NCBI GenBank assembly: GCA_017499595.2
Contig: CM039002.1
Location: 3,224,001-3,288,000, forward strand
DNA length: 64,000 bases
Direction of reading: 5' to 3'
DNA from: Psilocybe cubensis
Taxonomy: Eukaryota
In this document: in pieces, positions 1 to 13,118 of the stretch
Position numbering within the stretch: position 1 is the stretch's first letter
Layout of the letters: each line of letters begins with the position of its first letter
Program-made: the position numbers and the translations under genes
The notes under the pieces: generated by a model
What the model was told of the DNA's origin: nothing
The model's input: only the letters and a program-made list of their open reading frames with translations
Database searches by the model: none

Positions 1-1670
1 GAGAAAGACATTTCCTAGTCAGATTTTGTTGTCTAATAAAAGGATTACAGGTTCTTCGAGACAGAAGGGATTGCAGCTTTAACTATGTTGGTATCGCGCT
101 ACAAAATCAAGGTTAAATACGAACCAGAATTTGCGGCAGAATCGTTCGAACAACGTTACAACCGCATTCTAAAGGCATACACCAGACTTACATTGACGTA
201 CGTTTTTTCTTATTCTGATACCCTGGTTCTGACAGCTTTTTGTAGGCCTGAGCGGGTGCCATTAACGTTTCTTCGCAGGTCGTAATCAAGAAAAACAGCG
301 CCGTGTCGTTCGGTACTTTGGAAGGCATTAGTGAAACAAGTACTCCCATCTATCTATCTATCCTTTTTCAAATTCCAGTTCGCGGAGTAGTCAGTATAAA
401 AATGAGTAAAGGGACTATACAGTTTGATCAGACCATTCAATCGAGAGTTGAAATAGGGCCGATCTCCAAAAGAAATCGACAACTATACCTTACAGCCTAA
501 TTCTAACCAAACCTAGCGCCCATTTTCCGTTTTCATCGGGTTCTATGACAATTGAGTTCCTGAGTAATATCAATTTAACGTTTTGTGCAGGCGTAAACTA
601 GGTAGACTATACCAATCGTGGGATTCCGCCGGCCTAGCCACTTTTAAATTTGTGATATAATTTCCCCTTACTTTCACGATTTTGTGGGGTTCCCTAGTGG
701 CAGGCACATAAGAACGAGCGCATTAGTCTAAATTAAACTAGGGCCTACGAGTTGCTTCACCTAATAGTATCTCTGCGTTGGGCCCGCAGGGGTACATATT
801 TAAACCCCAATCTTCCATCAAAGCTTATATCTAGGTAGTGAACACTTTCTCTTACTTGTTGTTTCTAAGGGGTTGGTGATAGAAAACAATGGATACCTTT
901 TACGGTGGTCCCTAGCTTCATCACACCTGATTTAAGCCAGTTACATTGGCGCTCGTCGTTTGAAAAGCGTGAATCAAAAATCTTCTGAGATATTCTCTTC
1001 TAAACATTGCACAAATCGATTGATTAGTGCCGGCATTGTTTCCAGATGAAATGCCTTTTCTACACACAGCAAAATTGGAGCTCGGTGCGAGATGTCGGAT
1101 ATTCTTGGCAATGATTGTTTTGGAAGCAATTCGACTGCCTAATTTCCTCTCCATATGGAAAGTAGGGTGTACGTAATGCAGCGAACATCAGGATGATCTT
1201 GCGTTGGTAGACTGTAGTAGATACCTTGTCGAAGTCACCATTAAAGCAATTATTACTGGACTATATTACATGAGACCTAGTACAAAATAACACCAGGGAA
1301 AGTTAAAGTAAACCCTTGGAACAGGCGTTTTCAATACCCATTGAAATATTGAAGAGCCCCATGGACGTCTTACATCAGCTTTAGAGGCTCAGTGATAATG
1401 CGCGAAAACCTTTGTCTTGTCATCGAGCATCTGACCTAAATATTCGGCGATGGGTGGAAATCGCGACATCACCGTAGTGACCTGAGCGGTTCAAAACGAT
1501 TGCGATAATTTGCAGATGATATTGATATTTGGTAAGCTGGTAAGGCCCTGATGTGGATAATACAAACTGGTATACTACGGTTAAAAGCTAAGTTGGTTCG
1601 CCAAGACTTTCTCACAATACGTATGCGATCAGATTGAACTAAATTAAGTCGCCTACCGTCTGAGGTCGTC

Positions 1671-2555
1671 CAGGACCCCTGAAAATACCCCAAAATGCCT
1701 GATCCAAAATGGCCAAAATTTGCGGAATTTTATCCGGACGAATTTTCCAAAATCTTATCCGGACGGCGGATCTACCATGAGGATTTTCGAATTTTTATCC
1801 GGACAGGTATCTGGCCTCCAAAAATTTCCTAAAATAGAAATTTTCTCCTAAACCGCCCGAAAAAGGTGATTTTGCGCTCGCAACCACTCTTGTATGCCAC
1901 AAAGAAGTATACTTGATTGAAAAAGATGTAACGTAGACCGTTTGAAAGTACTATAGATAGTTTGAGCAAGAAGAACATATCTACACTAATTAGTTTTGTA
2001 GCTAACTTTCATTTTCTGAATCAAGCTCCTACATTAGACTTGGGATATTGTCGACCCTGTCCGATCCATTCGTGTTTGTTGAATGTTGGTGTGCTGTCAT
2101 CGTCTTCAAACTTGATAGCTATTTCTGAAGTCATAGTGTGCGGTTCTGCTTAGATAGCTTGATGTTGGTTAACAATTGCGGCGGCCTCTACCAGCCAGAC
2201 ACGGAGGATGAATTTGATTGCATTGATAAAAAAATTGAACTTGTTCTATCTGCTACGCTCTGAATATTACAAAACTTGCAGATACACATACAGAAGCGTA
2301 GCTTAGTGGTTAAGCAATGAATGAAGTCTGACTTTTCTTGACCGTCGTAAGTTCGAGGCGCGTCCTTGTCCAAATTTTATCCGGACCTGGATCAAGCTTT
2401 TGTTAGCTTCCCAAATTTTTATCCGGAAATTCCGATGTGGGGTCAGCCAAAATTTTCTCAAATTTTATCCGGACAGTCCTATGGCATAGTGACAAATTTT
2501 CTCAAATTTTATCCGGAAGTGGATCAGGGATTATAGGGTATTTTCAGGGGTCCTG
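1671..2555. mobile_element. Non-autonomous TIR element (MITE), ~885 bp
   Basis: Perfect 20-bp TIR: CAGGACCCCTGAAAATACCC (1671-1690) and GGGTATTTTCAGGGGTCCTG (2536-2555). Flanked by direct repeat GTCGTC (6 bp), or GGTCGTCC (8 bp) if the ends are AGG..CCT. About 7 subterminal TTATCCGGA motifs. No convincing ORF. Confidence 0.9.
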
Positions 2556-3425
2556 GTCGTCCTTGATCATCTTTGATAAAAATACCTGTATTTGATATTG
2601 GAAGTCTTTCAGAGATTATTCCAGGGTTTCGAGAAAATATGCACCATATTATTCCAGACGACGATGCCATGACTCGGATGCGGAATTTGTTCCGAGTTGA
2701 GCTGAACCTGCTCTGATCAGCTGTCCGAGTCCTCGATTATCCTCACTTTAGCGGCCTCAACTAGGGCGACTTTGGGGCAGATCGTTTATTTCATGTCGTT
2801 GCTTGAATCTTCTTCAAATTACCGGATCTTCTTTGTGCTACCAGGTTCTACCTCGTGGTCTATATCACCAACACATATTACGGTTATTTTAGATCAACCA
2901 ATAGTGCTCTACCAGTGTTCTGAAAGAAGTTCCATTACATGGGGTACATGCTGACACCAGAGTTGGCGCTTCGAGTTTTGCAATGATCCAGTGAGCACTG
3001 GAACTTACTGCCCCATTGAAAGGCTTACAATCTACTGAAATGCACTTATGGCGCACTTACACTGAATCTTCTTTGCGATTAATCACAGAGTACGCTAGCT
3101 GTAGATAAAATAGTAATAAACCGTTTCCGGCGCCAGTTCTCTGCTATGTGGTCAAACGATCATGGGGTTCAGATTGCATGGGGGTAAATTTGTCCCAAAA
3201 CGATCGCGATAATACAATTGAAGTTATGCCCCAACAATATGCTACTCGGTAGAAAGACAAAGGTTAACTATAATGGCATAGCGTAGAAAAATTTGACTAA
3301 AGATAATAATGATACTGGGATTTACAGCGTGAATATGGTTGAAGATTGAGGGAAGTGGAAATGTTTAAAGAAAGCAAAAGCGAAATCGTATACAACATTG
3401 TCCTGGAATATAAGCAGAGTCAAAT

Positions 3426-5025
3426 TTAGAACTGAGGAAAGTCGTACGGCGAAGACATATCCTGATCGTTGTTCCCCAGGTTAGCTGTTCCATCTCCAAA
3501 AAGTGGATAAGGAAGGTAAGCTCCCGAGGGATCAAACCAGGTATACGTGCGCGTGGAATCCGGCTCTTGAGATGAGATATTGGAGATAGAAGAAGATGCA
3601 GAAAGACCGCCGTTAATCGGCAGGGGGACTGTGGAATGAGGGAAGACTGAACTCAAAGCAGGCTCGTCGTAGGTCGTGTTGGGGTAGAAAGTGGTAGGAG
3701 AGTCATCCCTAGAAGACGGTTTGAAGTTAAATGCGACGGAGAACTTTGGTCTAGACGGCATTCCATGGGGATAATCTGGTCGGTTTATCGTTGATAACTC
3801 AGATATTTCGAGCATGATGGTATAACGACTAAGCGCTGTAAGTGCATATCAATACACATTGATCGCAAACCGTCAGTGGAGAAACTTACCTGGACTGCTA
3901 CTGAGCCTCTCCCAGTATTCTGGAAGTAGCTGCGCTCGCCAAACATGAGACTCGGAGGGATGCTCTGCGGGTGCAACAGAAGCCAGCAGAGGGGTGTTCT
4001 CCGTGTGTACCTGAGCCGAATTATCCATGTAGACGCGGAATGTGCACAGGTATGCGACCTCAGGCGACAGGAATTGGGAAAGAATCGTTATTTGAGGTGC
4101 TTGTGAGCCAAGAATCTGTGGGGGAATGTTCGAAAGCTTCCGTGCGTTGTAGAAGGAAGAAATATTCCCAGAGTTTTCGTTATTGACAAGAGACAAAATA
4201 AAGTCAACGCCATGGTCGCTGATATCTGCATCGAGGCCAAGCTGTGCAGACGCTCTGTTTCCAATGTTCGCGGAAATTAACTCGACAAGGAGAGAAACAG
4301 AGTCGCTAGGACTAGTGCTATTGTAACACGCCACAGAGTCCTCCGAATAATCAGTGGGCGGATAGCTATGCGGCGAGGATGGTGTTCTGTCGAGCCGACG
4401 AATTTCGCGGGAAGGTTCGTAATGTGTGGACATGACTACAGCCTCCGGGGAGCCAATATCGGAGGCAGTAGAGGCAGTATACTCTGATGGATTTGCCACA
4501 AGCAAAGGGCTTGGGTGAGAAGACGGAGCATTAAGCTGGGGAGAATGCGTGTCGCGATGGAACTCTCGACTAGTGATAAGCCTTTTCACTGTAAATATTG
4601 TCAAAGATCGAAAAGGTTGAAAAATAAATATATCACTGACATTCAGCGTCCGGAGAGCTCTCAGATATTTGCTGAAGTCTGCTCCCAACCTGTTTGGGTG
4701 TCCGGTTCTTGCCTGTCTTCTTCAAGATATGCCTCGAAATAAAGCAATTTCTCTTCGTAAAGCGGCGGAGTGGCCTTCCGCTTTTTGAGACAGGGCGATA
4801 GAGTCTGAGTGCTGATTGGGAACGTTGGCAGGAGCTTATATGTGAATAAGAAATTAAATTACCTTCGAGAAGTGCCTCCTCAAGAGCAGGTGGCCAAACA
4901 GGTTCCTTCCTCCTTGCGACAGACATCATCTTATGAGAGCGCCTCCCTGTACGCTCAGACTGAGATCCGAGAATGTCTGTAGTCCCAGTGTACAAAGGTG
5001 CCCTCAGGTTATCGAAATTGTCCAT
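3426..5025 (-). CDS. TEA/ATTS-domain transcription factor (AbaA/Tec1 family), 4 exons
   Basis: TEA motifs EPVWPPALEEALLE, RNCFISRHILKKTGKNRTPKQVGSRLQQ. GT..AG introns at 4862-4812, 4640-4589 and 3889-3836 join ORFs 4633-5025, 3873-4688 and 3426-3815 in frame. Confidence 0.88.
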
Positions 5026-6946
5026 CTGTCATTTATCAGCGGTCGTCTTTGAGAGTGGAAAAGAAACTCGCGTACATTTTCAGAGTAGTTGTGCATCAAC
5101 TCGTCGAAATGGAAAGGTGGGCAAGTGGTTAGAGCTGTCCAGCTATTATAGGACTAACCGGCGTCTTATGTCGGTATTTTCATAAATAGATCGGGCAAAC
5201 CCAAACGCAACGATTTCAACGATTCATGCACGCACCAATGGCCCAAAAAGGCCGAAGAAAGCGTTTGGTCAATGAATTTATCCCCGAGAACGTCTGTGTA
5301 TATACCCAAATCGAGGTTGCCATCTCACTCACTGTTGTGCCTGCCCTTAGCGAGATCGGAAGAATTTGATTGTGACATATGCTGGCACACAACTCGCCAC
5401 CCTTGTTCTTTAATTGCTACCCCAAAATTTTGGCAGATCCAGTCATCCTACTCCGTAGCCGACTCGGTAGCCGACTCGTTAACTCTAATAGCGTTTTCTG
5501 TAGCTTCTTTGACATTCAGAAGTCTACAAAAAGTGCGGTAATCACAGGTATCAGAAACAAAATGTTAAGTTGATCTGTACTCGGACCATAACTGCCACTG
5601 CATGAACTTTCCATAATTAAAACCCAAGATAAACCGAAGGAAACTTGGGATGGCTCTAAAACGGTACCAAATGTGTGTGCAACATAATTTCTGTGATAGT
5701 TTTCACCTGTTTCTAGTACTTTGAATTGATTTCGAACGATAATTGGGAAATCAACGTAATATCATCCTATTGAACCTAATTTGGCACTCGTCGGCTGATC
5801 TCGATCACACAGAGGATCTCATCGAGCGCCTTTTGGCGTCCAAATCACTATATGCTAATCATCCGTACCCTTAGCGCATTGTCAGTTGGAATTTTCTTCC
5901 TTTCTTAGCTCCCTTAATCCTACTTCCATGGCCTGTCGTGCGGCTCGGAAAATGGTCGCATCCACACTTCTGAGTCCATTGGAGAGGTGTGGAATATCTC
6001 ACTGAACAGAGTTGTATTACATCTTGGCTTTTTTTTGCTTTTCGCTTCAGCTGGTATAGTAGCATTCAAGAGACCAGACGGACAACACAGTCTCAGGAAC
6101 GATTTTGACAGGCAGTTTTACACCGTTATACCCTTCGTTGTCCAAATTCCCTGCCAAAATATCGGATACAGACTTTTACATATCGTCAAATCAGCTGATA
6201 ACTGACCCTCGTCAGCTGGCTGCCTCGTGTATAGTGGGATCCTTTCATTCGACCTTTGCAACGCGTGTCAGTGTGTGTTATTGCTTCACCTGCGCATTGG
6301 AAAGCGCAGCGGTCGGTGTCTGTGCTTGCCTCGAAGCACCAGAAACTTCTGGAACGCGTGGCGACTGGTCGATTGGTTGCCACCGTCAATGGAGTCTGCC
6401 AGAAGGTGAATTTGAAAAACAGGACGCCCGCCGTCCGTCGCCCAGCCTATCGGCGGTGCCCATGCAGAGTTTAGCGGGCAAACAAACAAGGTGATGCAGG
6501 TCGCGATGCAGGCATGCTTGCGTTGCATGGTTCTTTGTTCGAAGAGCACAGCGCTCTTGCTCTGCGAGGCTGGAACCATAAGGCGGTGGCACTGAAACAA
6601 TCGCACAACGAATTATGAGACAGCCACCACCCAGATGCCGAGTGGAGCGATTATCACCTTATCAAAGGGAAAAAAAAAACTTTACTAGAAACGTCGTGTT
6701 TAACCACTGCAATTAGAAATGCGAAAGGAAGAAAATAAAGGAATTTAAGGAAAGTGGGGCTCTTTCAAAAGAGCAATAGAGAAGGTGAGCACCAGCCAAG
6801 CTGGAGATAATAACGACGATGATACTGAAAACACGGTAATCAGACAGTCCAGATGACGCTGGTTAAATAGCAAGGTAATCAGCCGCTATCAAGAAAATAG
6901 AATGAATAATGCCCGAGTCCGTACAAATAGGCGATGCAAGATGAGA

Positions 6947-8167
6947 TCAAAATCGATTCTTTTGAATTGTGACAATGGTACGGACTTGTCGAAGGCGCAC
7001 CATAATTTTTGTCCACCAACGACGTGGTTCTGATTTCGTAGTAGGAGGTAAAGTCGACTCTGCTTTGGTGCTGGTGGTCGACCGGTGCTCGGACGCATGA
7101 ACAGAAGGAGGTGCTGAGTGCTCTGGCGATTGTGCCTGGGAAGAATACACAGAGGGTGATTCGCGTCCTCTAGTGGAGGTAGGGAGGAGGCCCAAATCAA
7201 ACCAGTTCATGCCACCCTTTTGCCCTAGCCCCAGATCGAGAGCGGCGTTCAAATCCAGGTCCATTTCAAGGACGGTGTTCAGCTGCTCCATTTGCTCTGG
7301 GGACATCGTCTGCGACATTGCGGTGAGGTCTGCCTCATGGGTAGTCTCTGTCACGCCTTCCGATTCCGACTTCACCTGAGCTTCGGGCGCCGCCTCGGCG
7401 GGCTCGGGCGATTCTTCTGTAGAAGACAATACTGTCTTCATGATAGAATCCCAGTCTTCGGACTTATCGGGGCCCAGCCCTTCGAACTGGATGGGTGCGA
7501 GCGCAGGAGGTTGTTCATAGGTGGACGCCGTTCGATGAGAATCAGAATGAGTAGAATGAGAATTAGCAGAGGAAAGAGGTGATCGGTGATTCCACTCTGG
7601 GGAAAGAGACCGGTGTGACGGGCGGATAGCGGAGTCTAATGACGTGGATCGAACAGCGGAAAACAGTAAGCCATCTTCCGCAACTTCATCACCGGAGAAC
7701 CCTCCCCACTCCAGCCTCCTATTGCGGTCTATAGGAGTTCCACGCCCTGCATATTTGATTATAGGCCATGAGCCTCGAGATCCAGCTGGGGCAGTGGAAG
7801 TGGAAGATAACTGTGGAGTAGAGGCCTTTTTCTTCGACTTCTTGGTGGTTATGGTCAACTGAGACGCATACGAAATCGTTCGCGATAGATTAGGAGATGA
7901 GGGAGGAGACGGTGTTGAGGGAGGAAGCTCAGATGTCGATGCAGATGGGGACGCAGGCGGAGAGAGGCAAGATAAATCCAACTCAAAGTCAGTAAAGCCG
8001 TTGAAAATGGATGTGTCTATCTTGGGGTCTCCGCGAATGGTGTCGTCGTCATTCTCGCCCTCTCTCAAAGGAACAGCAAGCGCTTCTTCCTGAGCAGCAG
8101 AAATTGCTTTCGTTATTGTGTCGGAACGCGCAAGATGTGACCTATTTGTAAAAAGTCTATGTATCAA
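6947..8167 (-). CDS. Hypothetical Ser/Pro-rich, low-complexity protein (~400 aa)
   Basis: Uninterrupted 406-codon ORF with coding-like composition. No domain recognised; true start uncertain. Confidence 0.7.
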   Translation of the reverse strand: MIHRLFTNRSHLARSDTITKAISAAQEEALAVPLREGENDDDTIRGDPKIDTSIFNGFTDFELDLSCLSPPASPSASTSELPPSTPSPPSSPNLSRTISYASQLTITTKKSKKKASTPQLSSTSTAPAGSRGSWPIIKYAGRGTPIDRNRRLEWGGFSGDEVAEDGLLFSAVRSTSLDSAIRPSHRSLSPEWNHRSPLSSANSHSTHSDSHRTASTYEQPPALAPIQFEGLGPDKSEDWDSIMKTVLSSTEESPEPAEAAPEAQVKSESEGVTETTHEADLTAMSQTMSPEQMEQLNTVLEMDLDLNAALDLGLGQKGGMNWFDLGLLPTSTRGRESPSVYSSQAQSPEHSAPPSVHASEHRSTTSTKAESTLPPTTKSEPRRWWTKIMVRLRQVRTIVTIQKNRF

Positions 8168-10688
8168 TTCTCTCTAACCGACAAAAGAATATGAACGTAC
8201 ATGAATGTATCTTTCTCGAAGACAGAACCCTCTGAGAACATGGCGGAAGCCTAGAAATATGACAGGAGCGGGTGTAGACAAAGGCCACCTTTGAGGGTGG
8301 GAGAGAATGTGCTGGCAAAGCGCAAGGGGAGTGGTTCGAGTTCGTTGGTTGAGAGAGGCTGTGAAGATCCACGGAGAGCACGGAGCGTTCTTATGCAATT
8401 GAAACTTTAGGGTAGCATCTGGCCGCATCTTTACGTCTAAATGAACGAACTCGGAGCGGCGTAATCATTTGAATGCTTCGAGGGCGCGGAAGAAGAGTTT
8501 AAAGTACACGTTCATCATTTGGTAGACGTACAAACAATGTTGAAGGCATCACTCACCAGTTCCACATGTTCCAACTGGAACGTATAAGGGGGAAGGGGTC
8601 ACTTCAGCTAACATTCTAAAGTGATAAACATGACGATCTCAAAGACCAGAAGAAGGCGACATCAACCTGGCCAATTCATAGCTTCTGGAGCTTGAACGCG
8701 AGTGGATGATGCTTGATATATCAGCATCCACTTAGGTTTGGCATGTGATCATGACATGCTGCTGGTTGAAAACTTCGAAGCTGAATGGTTGCAGATGGTT
8801 GCCATGTTCAGTGGTAAAATAGAACGGTAGACGATGGCTAGAATTAAAAAAAGAAAAAAAGAGATCAGTCACTGCTAATGTCCACGTAAGGGCAACAAAC
8901 TCGACATACCAACAAAAGAAGAGGCAGAAGCATACTGAAGGGCATGGGGGCCTCACCATATAGTAGGGTGTGTTACTCTTATAGTAAGTTACAGACGGCA
9001 TGTGTTGCCAGTGAAGATTAAACGCTTTTGTAGCATATCTGAGGTCAATACCATGCTGGCGGGCACTAATCATCGTGACAGAACCCGAAATCGCGCATTT
9101 TGAACAGTTACAAAATGGTGTGGCACTTCGATTTAACTTCAATAATCTAGGACAAAAAAACCACTTGCTAGGATACGAAAGTGTTACGAAAGTGAAAATA
9201 TTGAAGATGAGAGACAGTGATTGTTGAGGCAAAGACACGAAATATGAAAAAGAACAAGAAATAACTTATTATTATGATATTATTTCGTATCGCGAATCAT
9301 TGCCACCATAAATACTTAAAAGTTAAAATTATGTAATATCTAGTTATCCATTGGCAGCAAGTGTCCGTCGGTCAAACCAAGTTCATGAACCCCAACATGA
9401 TACATGATACATGAACGTGAACCTTTAAGCTTGCTTCAAGCTTCAAGCCTTCAAGCTACCAGTTATCTTCAAGTATACGATTTTCAGGTGAGAAAGTTAT
9501 CTATTGTCACTCTTGAAATGGATAGTCAATAATTAATAAAAACAAAGTGAAGCAAACTCCTACAACTAAAGACCACCGGAAACGAATGCATCAAAATGGG
9601 ATGGCCCTCTATGTTTCCATGTTCCCCTCCTTTTTCCTCTGCAATCAAATGCCATCAATGCCTGGCGTATAAGGAACAAAATAGTTGTCTTCAACCGGTC
9701 GATCGTTGAAGAATTGTCAAAAATGACCAGGTGAATCTGGGTGAACCTTTTTTAACCTGGTTTTACTGAATCCACATTGCCACAGTTCCGGCCTTTGGAA
9801 AGGATAACATAGAAGATGGAAATTAGGCCATATCTTCTCAACACGGGTATATCACGATCAACGATACTGTGTTACTGACTGCATAGGTTTTCTGACCACT
9901 GTACTGTGGTAACCATAGGTAAGAAAAGGATTCGAATCCTAGTACACTGCTGACCCTCTATCTCTACTCATCCAGCGCCATGACAAAGTGTAACCTTACT
10001 GATAAGCGACGGAGATGGATGAAAACAACTTCTCCGTGGTATAATGCCTTTAGTTTCTAGTGGCGTATGGGATTCGTAACTCTGACGCGAGAGTTATGTT
10101 CAGTGACTGAGGCCGTCGGTAAGCACCAAGTTGACATGGTGCTCGTCGGTTTCACAACAGCTTTCACATTAGTTGACACATGATCTTCGAGCGTAGCGTT
10201 TGGCTTGGGCTTAACGACGCTATCGAAGGTGCGAGGTCTGCCTTCCTTTTATCGATACACCTAATTTATGCTTCTCTCAATCCGCAACCGGAACCTTGTA
10301 GGTATTATTGCCTCGGTGCGTCAGTTCTTGTAATACTAAGTCGGCGCCGAGTCTTTTTATAGACCAGGCAATTGGATAGTAGGCGGAAGGGACCCAAAGA
10401 GTGGCTACAAATAGGATTGTCAAGCAACCGCAACAACCGGCCGTCTCGCACCTCAGGGTAACCATTCCCCATTCCCACTTCATGTCGCTCTCATGCAGAC
10501 ATTAGCGCGCCTTAAAATGTATGGCGCTATGCCATTTGAACAGTGGATTTGATCCTCTGGCAGTCGAAGATCAACTGTCTTCGTGCCAGGATCCCGTCGA
10601 TCATCCCTAGCCACTCCTTCACTGGTTCTATTCCTTTTGATCTGGTTGATGGTGATCTTCTGGTACATACTCTCTTTTCTACCATCCT

Positions 10689-11840
10689 TTGGCATATGAT
10701 ATGGCAAAAGTTCCCTATATCAATTCTTTACCGAACGAACTCTTGGAAAAAATATTCAAGTTCGGAGGCCAGATTCCCATGCCCATGGATGAACAGTATC
10801 CTCTTCGACCTCTTTTCTCCAAATTACCGCTATCCACTCTTTATCCGACCTCTCTGACTCAAGTGTGCATTCGTTGGAGAAGCATCGTACTCCAGTCGCC
10901 AGCGTTATGGAGCCATCTCCACCTTTCTAGGACTCTGGAATCACATCGTCGCCTAAGATCAAGCCTCGGGCGGTCGTTGGAATGGGTTCCAATCTATATA
11001 TCGCGTTCAGGTGGTTTACCTCTCCATATCACCCTCGATACCACTCGACTTCCTCCAGCGGAAGCCCTTCGCCTTGTCACACCCTACAGTACCCAGTGGC
11101 GCACTTTCACTCTGCTCGTATCCCATGTGGGCAGCCTACCCCCAATTCTACCTCTGTTGGTTACACCGAGAGTTCCAAGCTTGCAGACAATAGCTATAGC
11201 GTCTGACATATATCGAGAAGGCATCGTATCCTATGACCCATTGATTCCGTTCTTTACGACATCTACCCCCCAACTATCCACCATTCACTTAAATGGCGTT
11301 TATATTGCCTGGAATGAGCTCCCTTTGGCCAACCTCCTTAATTTGGAGCTACACCTGACATCACGATGGCCGAATTTTGCTCTACTTAGCGAAATGTTTC
11401 GAGCTTCTCCGATGCTGAGACGCCTTGTCATTCAGGATGACATTGCAACGCTTCTTCGACATGTTAACCAACCCTCGTCAAAGCCGACCATCGAACTTCC
11501 GAATCTTAAGCATCTGGAAGTCCAAGTCCATCGTGTCCGTGACGAGCGAGCAGATGTCGCGGGGCTCATTGGGATCTTCGATTTTCCGTCGTTGGAAACG
11601 TTAATAATCAGGAATATCTGGCAAGAGGAATGGAGCGCGATCACCTATCGTTACCAGCTCCCGGAAGATCCACTAGACTTCACTTCCCCAAGCAGTTCCA
11701 ATGTCTGGCGACGTAACCGCAGATCCTTGATGCATCCCCACGCCAAATCGTTCCCTTTCCTTACGTCACTCAACGTTGTGTTTGCCACCTCTCCAAAAAA
11801 AGTGGGAGCGGCATCCAGACGGTACTCGAGGATAGCGTGA
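10689..11840 (+). CDS. F-box domain protein with LRR/RNI-like C-terminus
   Basis: INSLPNELLEKIF...LTQVCIRWRSIVLQSPALWS F-box signature, then LxxLxL repeats (VPSLQTIAI, PQLSTIHL, LPNLKHLEV, FPSLETLII). Confidence 0.88.
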   Translation: MAYDMAKVPYINSLPNELLEKIFKFGGQIPMPMDEQYPLRPLFSKLPLSTLYPTSLTQVCIRWRSIVLQSPALWSHLHLSRTLESHRRLRSSLGRSLEWVPIYISRSGGLPLHITLDTTRLPPAEALRLVTPYSTQWRTFTLLVSHVGSLPPILPLLVTPRVPSLQTIAIASDIYREGIVSYDPLIPFFTTSTPQLSTIHLNGVYIAWNELPLANLLNLELHLTSRWPNFALLSEMFRASPMLRRLVIQDDIATLLRHVNQPSSKPTIELPNLKHLEVQVHRVRDERADVAGLIGIFDFPSLETLIIRNIWQEEWSAITYRYQLPEDPLDFTSPSSSNVWRRNRRSLMHPHAKSFPFLTSLNVVFATSPKKVGAASRRYSRIA

Positions 11841-13118
11841 TCTTATTTGCCTTCCAGTGATCACCTTCACCTTCACATACTCACACTCCTTTAGTTGCTC
11901 ATTTGCTGCTCTAGCTTTCCCTCACCCTTCAGTTCCTTACCATTCATGTTCTCAAGGCACATTCGCCTTGAGGCGGACATTGTACTATTGTATGTACGTA
12001 AGCGATACTTCAGACACCACGAACATTACCAGTGTATGTAAAAACAGTAAACAGTGACCATGGACGCTTGTATGATACTTAGAGATAAACCTGTGTTTTA
12101 TACTCGTCGTTTCTCTAGTCCTTCCTTCATTGTGTCTCTAGGCGCTCAGTAGAGCGATCAGGTGACCGCGTATCCATCTCCTTTGTGTTGCCGTGGTCGG
12201 TCTTTGTGCTCCTGTCATGCCCTTGTATTTCTTCACAGGTGCCACTGCATAAAAACCCGCTTTCTCTAAGCCACCATCATCCCTGGTGTTCTGTATCATT
12301 GTGCCTGGTGCTCTGATATTTCAACAGCGTAGTAGTTGAGCTACTATCTCCCGCTGCCAACTGTCGTCCTGGGAAGACGACAAGCTTCTGGCATTGCTTT
12401 ACTGTTTTATAATTTCCGCCACTTCTGTGAAGAGCTAGTCAAAAGCCAGGGCCGTTTACTTGAAAGAATCTAGTTTTTTTCCAAGTGCGTCGTACCCCTT
12501 TACATTCTTTCTTTCAAATGTCATTCACATCTCACAACCGCGATGTTGCATTGTTGTCTAGGATCATTCAGAATGCCATATTACAATGACGCACGTCACA
12601 AGGCCACTCATTCTCACAACCCTTCCTTCCGCAAGGGAGGCCCATCTCATCCTCACCCCAGTACAAGCTGCTCGACCCGTCGCAGAGTACGCTTTGCGGT
12701 TTGTCCTTCAATATCATCTACAATCAGGGTGGAAACGTTGACATTCATTCATTGATACAGCATATTTGCCATATAATTTCGTATGGCTATTCAAGTTTGT
12801 CCCCTCTGAGTGAGCTGGAAGACATAAAACCTTTAAAACCGTCTTCCATAAACATGCCCGAGGGGCCCTGCGCGCCCCGTATTAGGACAGTTTCCCTTCC
12901 AGTTGTGGACTCCGACGAAATTTTCGATTTAAAGTATGGTCATCTTAAGTATTAAAAGTAATAATATAGGAGTGTCAAAAGTGGAGTCGGATGTTCGAGG
13001 AATTGGCGGTGCTTTTGCATTGAATATATCATGATTCGTACGTAGATCCGCGTTGAGAAACGTACGTAGCGAAAGGGATAATATCCATACTACTCATAAT
13101 TTTGAGTCAAGGTTATTA

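Noticed and set aside
5987-6606. Cluster of overlapping short ORFs, one with a signal-peptide-like start
   Set aside because: No consistent frame, splice pattern or domain could be supported.
12543-12955. Short ORFs between the two F-box genes
   Set aside because: Under 90 aa with no motifs or splice support.
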